Positions 15,934 to 24,989 of a stretch of DNA of 36,390 bases are shown in pieces; the first letter of the stretch is position 1; every line of letters begins with the position of its first letter. Origin of the DNA: a virus (Duplodnaviria > Caudoviricetes). Made by a program: the position numbers and the translations under genes. The notes below the pieces were generated by a model. That model did not search any database. It saw only the letters and a list, made by a program, of their open reading frames with translations, and was not told the DNA's origin. The DNA is taken from positions 1 to 36,390 of IMG/VR virus record IMGVR_UViG_3300035135_001001; one strand, 5' to 3'.

Positions 15934-16113
15934 GCCCGGGATTTGGTGACCAACCCCGCGGCCGCGCGAATCGCTCACACCTGCCAGGCAACCCGCTGTG
16001 CGCCCCTGGCTGACGTTCTCCTGACCCCGACCTAATACCCAGGCACATATCAGCGCCCCGTGACGGGCTTCCTGTGGCCTCTCAGGGCCATCCAAATCCA
16101 TTGCAAAATGCAA

Positions 16114-16160
16114 AGGTACTTTGTCGCATATCGCCCATGGGTATTCCGCGGGCGCTTTTG
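16114..16160. other. candidate cos/packaging site
   Basis: AGGTACT (cf. lambda cosQ GGGTCCT) followed by GC-rich CCCATGGGTATTCCGCGGGCGC in the non-coding gap upstream of a lambda-type terminase. Confidence 0.45.
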
Positions 16161-16283
16161 TTTTCTAGGAACAGAATTACAGAGAACTAGCACGAGGAGC
16201 CACCGCAGAGAGCCTCAGAGCGCTTTAAAGGGTTAGGTCATACCTGGGCCTTGTTATGTATAATCGCGCCTGGAGGGCCGTAT

Positions 16284-16712
16284 ATGAGCACTGGTGGAGT
16301 GAAGCTCGGATCGTCTTATGACGAAGCGAGAACAAGAAAAGTAAATGCCGAAGCAGAAATAGCCGAATTAGAATTGGCAAAAGTTCGCGGGGAACTGGTA
16401 ATTGCTGAAGACGTAGTGAAGGCATGGGATGATGTCTTGTCTGCGCTCAAGGGGAAACTATTATCTATTCCAACGAAAGCTGCTCCAGTGGTGTCTGCGG
16501 AACCGGAGGCGGGGTCATGTCAGAAGATTCTGGAAGACCTCATCAACGAAGCGTTGGAAGAGCTATCGAACTATGAGCCAGAAATTGACCCAACAACAGC
16601 AGCACCTAGTCAACCACCTGAAGAAGCCGATTCAGGCACTAAAGCCGCCGCCGCGCCTAAGCGTAAGCGAGTGGGCCGACCAAAAAAGACGGCTGGACTC
16701 GCAAACAAGTAG
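16284..16712 (+). CDS. terS: terminase small subunit (Nu1-like coiled-coil part)
   Basis: GGAGG SD; YDEARTRK..AEAEIAELEL...GELV..LL.IP..EALEEL. Confidence 0.85.
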   Translation: MSTGGVKLGSSYDEARTRKVNAEAEIAELELAKVRGELVIAEDVVKAWDDVLSALKGKLLSIPTKAAPVVSAEPEAGSCQKILEDLINEALEELSNYEPEIDPTTAAPSQPPEEADSGTKAAAAPKRKRVGRPKKTAGLANK

Positions 16713-18432
16713 CGAACCTGGCAGATGGCATACCTCTAGGGCTGAGTATCAGCGCGGCATCATGGATGCATGTTCTGATCCTGAGATTAGAGAAGTGGTC
16801 GTTATGGCTGGCGCTCAATTGGGCAAGTCAGAGGCGATACTTAACATTATCGGGTATCACATTGAAAATGATCCTAGCCCGATATTGGTTCTTCAGCCAA
16901 CCGTGGAGATGGCGCAGTCCTTCTCTAAGGATCGAGTTGCCAACGGCCTGATTCGGTCAACGCCTTGTCTCAGGGAAAAAGTAAAAGACCCCAGGGCCAG
17001 AGATTCAGGGAATACGACCTTGCACAAAGTGTTCCCGGGTGGTGCATTGACTCTTGTTGGTGCAAACAGTCCCGCTGGTCTCGCATCTCGTCCCATTCGT
17101 CTTGTGTTATGCGATGAGGTGGACCGCTACCCGCCTTCTGCCGGCTCAGAGGGCGACCCCATCCAGCTAGCCAGGAAACGAGCCAATACGTTCTGGAATA
17201 GAAAAATCGTGATGGTTTCTACGCCAACGAATAAGGGGGCGAGCCGAATTGAAGAAGCGTTTGAGGAAAGTGATCAGAGACATTTTTATGTTCCCTGTAA
17301 ACATTGCCACCATGAGCAAAAAATGATTTGGCAGAACGTGAGGTGGTCTGAGGGCGATCCTGACAGTGCGTCGTATGCCTGTAGCTCATGCGGAGTGCTG
17401 TGGACTGACTCAGACAGGCGTTGGTCTATCCGTAACGGGCGATGGTTCGCAGAAGCAGAGTTCAAAGGCGTGGCCGGCTTCTACATCAACGGACTGTATT
17501 CACCGTGGACTCCGCTGGCTGATGGCGTTCGAGACTTCTTGTCCATGAAGAAGAACCCGGAGCAGCTTAGGGTGTGGACGAACACATATCTTGGCGAGTC
17601 ATGGGAGGACGCGGGTGAACAGGTAGACGATTTCTCACTATATGAGCGGCGAGAAGATTATCAAGAAGCTGTACCGGAAGAAGTGGTTTTCTTAACGGCT
17701 GGTGTAGACGTGCAGGACAATCGTCTTGAGGCGTCGATCATAGGCTGGGCAAGGGACCAAGAATCATACGTTATCGATCACAGCGTGATGTACGGTGACC
17801 CAAGTACGCCACAGTTGTGGACGCAACTCGACTCACTGGTGAACAAGACTTATGAAACATACGACGGACGGCAAATGGCGATTAGAGCGACGTGCATCGA
17901 TTCTGGCGGCCACTTCACAAACTCTGTTTATCAATATGCCAAGAAGAATGCGGGAAAGCGTGTCTTCGCTATTAAGGGTGTTGGAGGCGAAGGTAAACCG
18001 ATTGCGGGTAGGCCGACGAAAAATAACGTTGCGCGATGCCCACTATTCCCAATCGGAGTAGACACTGTTAAGGACTTACTCTTCGCGCGTATGCGGATCG
18101 AAGAGCCTGGAGCCGGTTATATCCATTTCAATAACCATCTTGATGATGAGTATTTCAGGCAACTGACCGCGGAGAAAATCGTTACGCGATTCACGAGAGG
18201 ATTTAAGAAAAGAGTCTTCCAAAAAGTGCGAGCTCGTAACGAAGCTTTGGACTGTTTTGTCTATGCAATTGGTGCGTATGCAATACTCAACATCGATGTC
18301 AATACTCTGGCAGACAAAGTCAAAATAAAGGATAATGTTGGAGAGAATATTTCAAGTGAGTCTAAAGCCAAACCGAAGAAGCCGCCGTTTGTACCGCGTG
18401 TCGGCAGTGGCTTTGTGAACTCTTGGCGATAA
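16573..18432 (+). CDS. terL: terminase large subunit, lambda GpA family
   Basis: PPP.LSVSEWAD, AQLGKSE, LCDEVDRY, STPT, CxxC pairs, GVDVQ, DSGG, RNEALDC; start probably ATG 16573 rather than 16429. Confidence 0.95.
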   Translation: MSQKLTQQQQHLVNHLKKPIQALKPPPRLSVSEWADQKRRLDSQTSSEPGRWHTSRAEYQRGIMDACSDPEIREVVVMAGAQLGKSEAILNIIGYHIENDPSPILVLQPTVEMAQSFSKDRVANGLIRSTPCLREKVKDPRARDSGNTTLHKVFPGGALTLVGANSPAGLASRPIRLVLCDEVDRYPPSAGSEGDPIQLARKRANTFWNRKIVMVSTPTNKGASRIEEAFEESDQRHFYVPCKHCHHEQKMIWQNVRWSEGDPDSASYACSSCGVLWTDSDRRWSIRNGRWFAEAEFKGVAGFYINGLYSPWTPLADGVRDFLSMKKNPEQLRVWTNTYLGESWEDAGEQVDDFSLYERREDYQEAVPEEVVFLTAGVDVQDNRLEASIIGWARDQESYVIDHSVMYGDPSTPQLWTQLDSLVNKTYETYDGRQMAIRATCIDSGGHFTNSVYQYAKKNAGKRVFAIKGVGGEGKPIAGRPTKNNVARCPLFPIGVDTVKDLLFARMRIEEPGAGYIHFNNHLDDEYFRQLTAEKIVTRFTRGFKKRVFQKVRARNEALDCFVYAIGAYAILNIDVNTLADKVKIKDNVGENISSESKAKPKKPPFVPRVGSGFVNSWR

Positions 18433-18441
18433 AGGGATTAT

Positions 18442-19029
18442 ATGGCTAACGCTTTCGACGCTGCAAACGCCCCAGAAGGTATCCCTACGACGATTGTAGT
18501 CGGAGACTTTGTACAATGGAAGCGTAGCGATCTTGTAACCGACTATCCGGTTGCGTCCTACTCATCCAATTATGTTTTCAGGAAGAAAGACGGTAGCACT
18601 GAGTTCACTGTCTCAAGCTCCGGTGCCAGCCCGTCAACGCATTTTCTATTCACAGCTAGCAACTCTGCTTCGGCAGACTTTGAGCCAGGCGAGTACTTTT
18701 GGCAGTTAGAGATTGTCAGAACGTCTGACTCTGAGCGAATAGTTTTATCAAGAGGGGAAATTGAGGTTAAACCAGACCTCGATATCTCGCATTCTGACGC
18801 GCGGTCTCATGCTGAGATCATGTTGAGCAAGATTCAGTCTCTTTTAGAAGGCAAAGCAGATTCAGATGTATCGTCATACTCAATTGCGGGTCGCTCACTG
18901 ACCAAAATGGGCTTTCAGGAGCTTGTTGACGCAAAAGACTATTACAAGTCTGAGGTTTTGCGAGAAAAACGCCTTCTGGACGCAAAAAATGGACGATCTG
19001 GAGCCTCAACCGTGAAAGTGAGGTTCTAA
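18442..19029 (+). CDS. head completion protein (gpW-like C-terminus)
   Basis: SYSIAGRSLTK..EL; ends VRF; between terL and portal. Confidence 0.75.
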   Translation: MANAFDAANAPEGIPTTIVVGDFVQWKRSDLVTDYPVASYSSNYVFRKKDGSTEFTVSSSGASPSTHFLFTASNSASADFEPGEYFWQLEIVRTSDSERIVLSRGEIEVKPDLDISHSDARSHAEIMLSKIQSLLEGKADSDVSSYSIAGRSLTKMGFQELVDAKDYYKSEVLREKRLLDAKNGRSGASTVKVRF

Positions 19030-20523
19030 ATGGGCATTTTTGACTTTGGTCGGTCCAAAAAGGTCGAAAAACCGAAGATTTTGAAGAGAACATACGCTGC
19101 GGCGAGCAAAGGTCGGCTTCTGAACGACTTTTTCGACTCAGAGCGTAGCGCAGACAGCGAATTACGGCCTGTCATCAAGGTTTTGCGCTCTAGATCACGA
19201 GATTTGAGCCGAAATAACGAGTATGCAAAGCGATATTTGAACCTAATTAAGTCTAATGTTGTCGGTGATCGCGGCTACACGCTTCAGGTCAAGGCGACAG
19301 GCGGTGACGGCAGATTAGACCAATCAGGCAACGATGCGGTTGAAATGGCGTTCAAAAAGTGGGGCCGACGCGGAAATTGCACTGTAGACGGCAAATTATC
19401 GTGGTTAGACGTACAGAAACTGGCGATTGAGAGCCTTTGCCGTGATGGTGAGGTGTTTATCGTCAAGCATCGAGGCTCAGACTTTCACGATTCGTTTGCT
19501 TTAGAGTTCATTGAGCCAGACCAAATCGATGAGCAGAAGAATGAGCGCTTGTCCAACGGGAATGAAATCCGTATGGGCATTGAGCTCAACAAGTTTAAGA
19601 AGCCGGTGGCGTATCACGTCCTGACGTACCACCCAGGTGATTACGATTACACAACGGCCGCGAAGGCAACGAAGCATATCCGCATCCCGGCAGAGCAGAT
19701 GTGTCATTTGTTCATGCCGTTACGGGCTGGGCAGACTCGCGGAGAGCCTTGGATGTCGCCGGTCATGTCCGGGCTAAAACAACTTGGAGCATTGCGGGAG
19801 GCTGCAGTAATCAATGCGCGTATTGGCGCGAGCAAGATGGGATTCTTCACGTCGCCTGCCGGTGACGGGTTTGTTGCTGACGATCTGGATGGCGCTGTGC
19901 CAATCATGGATGCGGAGCCTGGAACCTTCCATCAGCTACCCAACGGCGTTGATTTCACGGCATTTGACCCGCAGTACCCATCAAACGAATTCGACCCATT
20001 CCACAAGGCTGTTCTGAAGGGGATAGCAAGTGGTCTGGGGATTAGCTATACGTCTTTGAGCAACGACCTTGAGTCAACGAGCTATTCGTCAATCAGACAA
20101 GGCGCACTCGAAGAGCGGGATTACTACAAAAACATCCAGCAGTTCTTCCTAGACCATTTTGTCATGAATATCTTTTCGTATTGGCTCGGGTCGGCAATGG
20201 AGATCAATAGCTTTGGCATCCCGCTGGCGCAATATGATCGATTCTATGATGCGGCATCATTCCGGGCTAAGGCGTGGTCATGGGTGGACCCACAAAAGGA
20301 AATGAATGCGGCTGTTATTGGCATGAAGAACGGCATCCTGTCTATTCAGGACGTTGCTGCTCAATATGGGAAGGACGTGGAAGAGTTATTTGCTCAGATT
20401 CAACGCGACAAGGCGTTAGCGGAGCAGTTTGGAGTTAAGTTTGCGCTTGAGCCGTATGGTGCCACGCAAGTCGGGATCGTTCCTGACGTAGTAGGTGATG
20501 AAGATGCCGAAGTACAAGGGTAA
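19030..20523 (+). CDS. portal protein, lambda family
   Basis: RSRDL.RNN.YA, DGEVF, GQTRG.P, SYSSIRQG.LE, WVDP.KE. Confidence 0.95.
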   Translation: MGIFDFGRSKKVEKPKILKRTYAAASKGRLLNDFFDSERSADSELRPVIKVLRSRSRDLSRNNEYAKRYLNLIKSNVVGDRGYTLQVKATGGDGRLDQSGNDAVEMAFKKWGRRGNCTVDGKLSWLDVQKLAIESLCRDGEVFIVKHRGSDFHDSFALEFIEPDQIDEQKNERLSNGNEIRMGIELNKFKKPVAYHVLTYHPGDYDYTTAAKATKHIRIPAEQMCHLFMPLRAGQTRGEPWMSPVMSGLKQLGALREAAVINARIGASKMGFFTSPAGDGFVADDLDGAVPIMDAEPGTFHQLPNGVDFTAFDPQYPSNEFDPFHKAVLKGIASGLGISYTSLSNDLESTSYSSIRQGALEERDYYKNIQQFFLDHFVMNIFSYWLGSAMEINSFGIPLAQYDRFYDAASFRAKAWSWVDPQKEMNAAVIGMKNGILSIQDVAAQYGKDVEELFAQIQRDKALAEQFGVKFALEPYGATQVGIVPDVVGDEDAEVQG

Positions 20524-22969
20524 GGAAATCAATACAAAGCCCTCGGAAGGGATGGTTTCTGAAGCCAGGCGTGGTCTGGAATGGCGAAAAGAGCATGGTC
20601 GCGGTGGCACTGAGGTTGGTGTTGCGCGAGCAAGAGATATCAGCAACGGCAAAGAGCTATCACTTGATACCGTAAAGAGGATGAAATCGTTCTTTGCGCG
20701 GCATGAAGTAGACAAGCAGGCCGAAGGCTTCTCACCTGGGGAAGATGGTTATCCTAGCGCCGGCAGAATCGCATGGGCGCTGTGGGGTGGCGATGCAGGC
20801 CAATCATGGGCCAACAAGATTGTTAAGTCGATGGACGCTGCGGATGAGCGTCAAGAGGATATACATATGGACGAAGATGAGAAAGACATCAATGAGATCG
20901 TTGATGACATCGAGGCTAATGGCGTTCCTGCTGAAGAAGAGAAAGCCCAAGAAGAGCGAGCAGAGCCTGACGCTTTGAGCGTTGGTGATTTCGTCTCATG
21001 GGATTCATCTGGTGGCAGAGCCAACGGCAAGATTGAGCGCATTGAGCGTGATGGGCAGATTGATGTCCCGGGTGCCGATGTGACCATCAACGGAACAGAA
21101 GATGACCCGGCGGCACTGATTGCGCTGTACAGAGATGGAGAAGAGACTGATATCAAGGTCGCTCATCGCTTCTCAACTCTGACTAAGATCAGCGAGCCTG
21201 AAGGCCGCGCAGAAGAAATCAAGGTAGAGCATCGCGCCATGGAGCTCGACATGTCTCCTGTGGATGAAGAGAAGCGCACTGCTCGCATCGCGATCTCATC
21301 CGAAGAGCCAGTTGAGCGGTCCTTTGGCAAAGAAGTTCTAGAGCACTCACAAGAAGCGATTGATCTTTCGTTTCTCGCTAGCGGACGCGCCCCGCTACTT
21401 CTCGACCATGATCCAGAGAAGCAAATTGGCGTGATTGAATCGGTAGACCTCGATGACTCGGCGCGAAGACTCCGCGCGACGGTTCGTTTCGGAAGGAATG
21501 GACTTGCCAAAGAGGCGTTCGATGACGTTGTTGACGGCATTCGTGCCAACATCAGCGTTGGATATGCCATCAAGAAGATGGAAAAGGACAAGCGGAGTAG
21601 TGATACCTATATCGCGAAATCGTGGCGTCCAGTAGAAGCTAGTTTAGTATCGATTCCTGCCGACGTGACTGTTGGGCTGGGGCGATCTGATCAGGCTGCT
21701 GAAGAACCCGTAATTAGAACTGACTTTAAGGAGGACAAAATGTCCGAAGTCGATATTGCAGCGGTTGAGGCAGATGCCAAGAAAGCCGCACAGCGCAACG
21801 CCGCTCAGATTGTTGAGCTCGGAGCGCGTCACAGCCGTTCTGACTTGGCTCAAAAGGCCATCGCAGACGGTAAGTCAATCGAAGAGTTCCGTGGCGAACT
21901 GCTTGAGGTAATCGGAAGCGAGCGCGCTCTCGAAGCCCAAGATGTTGGTATGACTCAGCAGGAAGTGAAGCGATTCTCTCTGACTCGCGCCATCAATGCT
22001 CTGGCTAACCCAACTGATCGTCGCGCTCAAGAAGCGGCTGCATTTGAGTTTGATTGCTCAGAAGCCGCGGCAGAGCAGTATGGTCGCGCCGCTCAAGGCA
22101 TCATGCTCCCCGCAGAAGTTCTGCGTAACTGGAAGCGTGATCTGAACTCTGCTGACGAAGCTGAGTTGTTCACCGACGATTTCCGCGGTGGAGACTTCAT
22201 CGACGTACTGCGAAACGCTTCGTCTGTTATGCAGGCCGGCGCTCGCATGCTGGGTGGACTCTCTGGCGATGTAAAAATCCCGAAGAAGACTGCCGCTGCA
22301 TCAGCAGCCTGGATCGCCACTGAAGGCGGTGCGGCTACTGAGAGCGAGATGACTGTAGGTCAGGTCTCAATGACTCCCAAGACTCTTGGTGCGTTCACTG
22401 ACATCACCCGTCAGTTGCTCATCCAGAGCTCTATGGACGTTGAGGCTTTGGTCCGTGACGATCTCGCGCAAGCTATCGCACTGGCAATTGACTTGGCTGG
22501 TCTGGAAGGCTCCGGTTCAAGCGGTCAGCCCACAGGTATCCTGAACACCTCTGGTGTTAACACGGTTACCGCGTTTGCTGCTGCAAACCCAACCTTCGCA
22601 GAGGTAGTGACTCTTGAGACGGCTGTAGCCGAAGATAACGCTCTGAGTGGCAACTTGGCATACATCATGCCTGCGGCCATGTATGGCGCTCTCAAGACCA
22701 CTGAGAAGGCATCTGGCACTGCTCAGTTCGTAGTTGAGCCAGGCGGCACCATCAACGGCTACCGCGGTATCGTTTCTAACCAAGGAACGGCCGGTAACCT
22801 GTACTTTGGTAACTTCTCTGATCTGCTTGTTGGCATGTTCGGTGGTCTCGACATCGTCGTTGATCCCTACACTGCTAGCACTTCAGGCACCATCCGCGTT
22901 GTTGCTCTCCAGAGCATGGACGTGGCTGTACGCCATGCAGTCAGCTTTGCCTTCGGCAACGATGGCTAA
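20504..22969 (+). CDS. fusion: N-terminal domain + DUF2945-like domain + prohead protease + HK97-fold major capsid protein
   Basis: GRIAWALWGG; VGD.VSW..GG.A.G.I; PLLLDHD, NISVGY, EASLVSIPAD; capsid TPKTLGA.T.I.RQLLIQS, GSG..GQP.GI, FGNFS. Confidence 0.93.
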   Translation: MPKYKGKEINTKPSEGMVSEARRGLEWRKEHGRGGTEVGVARARDISNGKELSLDTVKRMKSFFARHEVDKQAEGFSPGEDGYPSAGRIAWALWGGDAGQSWANKIVKSMDAADERQEDIHMDEDEKDINEIVDDIEANGVPAEEEKAQEERAEPDALSVGDFVSWDSSGGRANGKIERIERDGQIDVPGADVTINGTEDDPAALIALYRDGEETDIKVAHRFSTLTKISEPEGRAEEIKVEHRAMELDMSPVDEEKRTARIAISSEEPVERSFGKEVLEHSQEAIDLSFLASGRAPLLLDHDPEKQIGVIESVDLDDSARRLRATVRFGRNGLAKEAFDDVVDGIRANISVGYAIKKMEKDKRSSDTYIAKSWRPVEASLVSIPADVTVGLGRSDQAAEEPVIRTDFKEDKMSEVDIAAVEADAKKAAQRNAAQIVELGARHSRSDLAQKAIADGKSIEEFRGELLEVIGSERALEAQDVGMTQQEVKRFSLTRAINALANPTDRRAQEAAAFEFDCSEAAAEQYGRAAQGIMLPAEVLRNWKRDLNSADEAELFTDDFRGGDFIDVLRNASSVMQAGARMLGGLSGDVKIPKKTAAASAAWIATEGGAATESEMTVGQVSMTPKTLGAFTDITRQLLIQSSMDVEALVRDDLAQAIALAIDLAGLEGSGSSGQPTGILNTSGVNTVTAFAAANPTFAEVVTLETAVAEDNALSGNLAYIMPAAMYGALKTTEKASGTAQFVVEPGGTINGYRGIVSNQGTAGNLYFGNFSDLLVGMFGGLDIVVDPYTASTSGTIRVVALQSMDVAVRHAVSFAFGNDG

Positions 22970-22976
22970 ATAAGTC

Positions 22977-22998
22977 GGGGGCTTCGGCCCCCTTCTTT
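22977..22998 (+). terminator. terminator/attenuator after capsid gene
   Basis: GGGGGC-TTCG-GCCCCC-TTCTTT. Confidence 0.8.
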
Positions 22999-23039
22999 AC
23001 TTGAACCCATTTGCGAGTGGATTCAATTAAGGAGACAAA

Positions 23040-23282
23040 ATGAAATACAAAGTAGTTAAAGGGTGTGTGATCAAGGGAGCCGGTCATCAGCCCGGTGATG
23101 TTGTGGAACTGGACAAGGACTTGGCTAGCCAGCTAATGGGCATAGGTCGAGTAGTCCCATGTGATGAATCTGAGCCAGAGAATCGATCAGTGGGCTTAGA
23201 AGGATCGGCTGAAGAGCCTGTAAAGCGACGTGGTCGGCCGAAGAAGGTTCAGGAGCCAGTTGAGGAAGAGCCACCAGAATGA
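23040..23282 (+). CDS. small post-capsid protein (gpFI-position)
   Basis: TAAGGAG SD; GDVVEL..A..L..GR; KRRGRPKK. Confidence 0.75.
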   Translation: MKYKVVKGCVIKGAGHQPGDVVELDKDLASQLMGIGRVVPCDESEPENRSVGLEGSAEEPVKRRGRPKKVQEPVEEEPPE

Positions 23283-23596
23283 GTGTAGAGACCCTCGCAG
23301 ACAGACGGGTAATGATTAGAGATTTTGGGATCGATGTCTCTTATATACCCCTGTCCGGGGGTCGAGCAACGTTCAAAGGTATCTTCGATAACGAGCATGC
23401 GCTGGAAGATGTTGGCGGTAGCGTGGCTTTCTCTGTTGTCCAGCCGCGCCTGACGTGCGTCACAGCGGACGTTAAAGACGTTGTTGAGGGTGACAAGATT
23501 ACGTTCCCGGTAGATAACGTTGATGTTGAGTATGTTGTGCGCGTTTCTATGCCCGATGGCACCGGGATAACTGAGTTGCAGCTGGAGAAGCAATGA
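23279..23596 (+). CDS. head-tail joining protein (gpFII-like)
   Basis: DFG..GIFD..GD....PDGTG.T.L.LE. Confidence 0.8.
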   Translation: MSVETLADRRVMIRDFGIDVSYIPLSGGRATFKGIFDNEHALEDVGGSVAFSVVQPRLTCVTADVKDVVEGDKITFPVDNVDVEYVVRVSMPDGTGITELQLEKQ

Positions 23597-24030
23597 GCCA
23601 CCTACGCACTCAGATTAGACAGCGGATCGTCACTAACTTGACGGGTCTGACTACAACAGGAAGCAACGTATACGACACTCGCGTTTACCCGTTAGCGGAG
23701 AACAAGCTACCTGGGTTGGCGATTTATACGAAGTCTGAAGAGACTCAGTATGAGACGATGTCGCCCCCTAGAACGTTACGCAAAACTTTAACAGCGGTCA
23801 TTGAGATATACGTCAAAATGACTTCTACGTTTGATGAGGTTCTTGATACTATTGCGGCAGAAATTGAGACCGCTTTGTATTCGGATTTGACACAGAACGG
23901 CTTGGCATTTGACACCAAGGTTGTGTCGTTTGAGGCTGATTTTGGAGGAGATGCAGAGCAGCCTCTGGGTCAGGGATTGATAGAGGTTGAGGTGATTTAC
24001 GCCGCTACCGAAGGAAGCCCAGAGGGCTAA
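23593..24030 (+). CDS. tail terminator (gpU-like)
   Basis: H.R.QIR..TTG..V..R..LP..LD.I..E.E.A; position before tail tube. Confidence 0.8.
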   Translation: MSHLRTQIRQRIVTNLTGLTTTGSNVYDTRVYPLAENKLPGLAIYTKSEETQYETMSPPRTLRKTLTAVIEIYVKMTSTFDEVLDTIAAEIETALYSDLTQNGLAFDTKVVSFEADFGGDAEQPLGQGLIEVEVIYAATEGSPEG

Positions 24031-24058
24031 TTTTTTTTTGCGTTTAGAGGATATTTAA

Positions 24059-24454
24059 ATGGCTACATCAACTGGTAAGGACGGGGCTGTTTACGTTGAC
24101 AGCCAGACTAGCGCCGTTGCAGAAGTACGCGATTGGTCGCTAGAAACCACTTCAGAGGTCGTTAATGACACTGTGATGGGTGACACATGGATGACCAACA
24201 AAGCCACCCAGAAGTCATGGACTGCGTCTGTGAATTGCTTCTGGAGTGATGGTGATACGACAGGCCAGGAACTGTTGACCGAAGGCGCTGGTGTGACTCT
24301 GAAGCTGTATCCAGAGGGCAACACGTCTGGTAACACTTACTGGTACGGAGACGTAATCATCAATTCAGTGAGCAAGTCATCTTCGTTCGATGGATTGGTC
24401 GAAATCTCGTTCAGCGCAACGGGTAATGGCGCTCTGACAGAAGACACCGTATGA
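24059..24454 (+). CDS. major tail tube protein
   Basis: G.DG.V..W.L..MGD.W..KSW....SF..TG.GAL. Confidence 0.85.
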   Translation: MATSTGKDGAVYVDSQTSAVAEVRDWSLETTSEVVNDTVMGDTWMTNKATQKSWTASVNCFWSDGDTTGQELLTEGAGVTLKLYPEGNTSGNTYWYGDVIINSVSKSSSFDGLVEISFSATGNGALTEDTV

Positions 24455-24783
24455 GCAAGCTGATTGATGTCGCCGTTTCTCACTTCAATGCGAGGGAAGT
24501 GAGACAGATGGACGTTCCTGAGTGGGAGACCACTTTATATGCGAAGAACCTTTCACTCCAAGACAAGCACAAGTGGCTAAAGCGAGCGCAAGGTGAAACG
24601 GATGAATATCTGCTCTATGCCGTGATTTTCGGTGTAACGGATGAGAACGGCGATCAGGTCTTTGATGTGGGCGAAAAGCATGTATTAAAGACCAACGTTG
24701 ACCCGGAGATTTTGTCTAGGATCGCTAACTTTGTATTAGAAGTTGACGCCAAAACCGAAGAGGAACGCGAAAAAAACTTCTGA
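24451..24783 (+). CDS. tail assembly chaperone (gpG-like)
   Basis: between tube and tape measure; ends EKNF over a slippery A AAA AAC. Confidence 0.85.
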   Translation: MSKLIDVAVSHFNAREVRQMDVPEWETTLYAKNLSLQDKHKWLKRAQGETDEYLLYAVIFGVTDENGDQVFDVGEKHVLKTNVDPEILSRIANFVLEVDAKTEEEREKNF

Positions 24784-24989
24784 ATGACCAAGGAGAGCCC
24801 ACAGAGTTGTATTTCATGTATCAACTCGCAGAGCACCTTGGTCAGCCCCTCGATACCATCCTGGGCATGACGGTAGATGAGTTCAACCATTGGTTTACTT
24901 ATCTAAGCATTAAGAATCGCAAGATCAAAGAGGCCTCGGATGGCAACAAAGCAAACACTGGTAGTAGGCGAATTAACCGCCGTAGATAA
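24777..24989 (+). CDS. gpT-like -1 frameshift extension of the tail chaperone
   Basis: -1 frame open from the slip site to 24989; LAEHLG..MT..EF..W motif. Confidence 0.8.
   Translation, partial: LLNDQGEPTELYFMYQLAEHLGQPLDTILGMTVDEFNHWFTYLSIKNRKIKEASDGNKANTGSRRINRRR

Noticed and set aside
13000-16100. Complete avoidance of common 4-bp restriction sites in the leading block
   Set aside because: GATC, TCGA, AGCT and GTAC are all present; only GCGC enrichment was clear by eye
16429-16572. N-terminal extension of TerL, and TerS start at 16251
   Set aside because: Longest-ORF artefacts: TerS has a clear SD at 16284 and TerL similarity begins after 16573
24017-24040. Terminator before the tail tube gene
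   Set aside because: AGCCC/GGGCT stem is short with a 3-nt loop, is offset from the T-run and lies mid-operon; too weak to call
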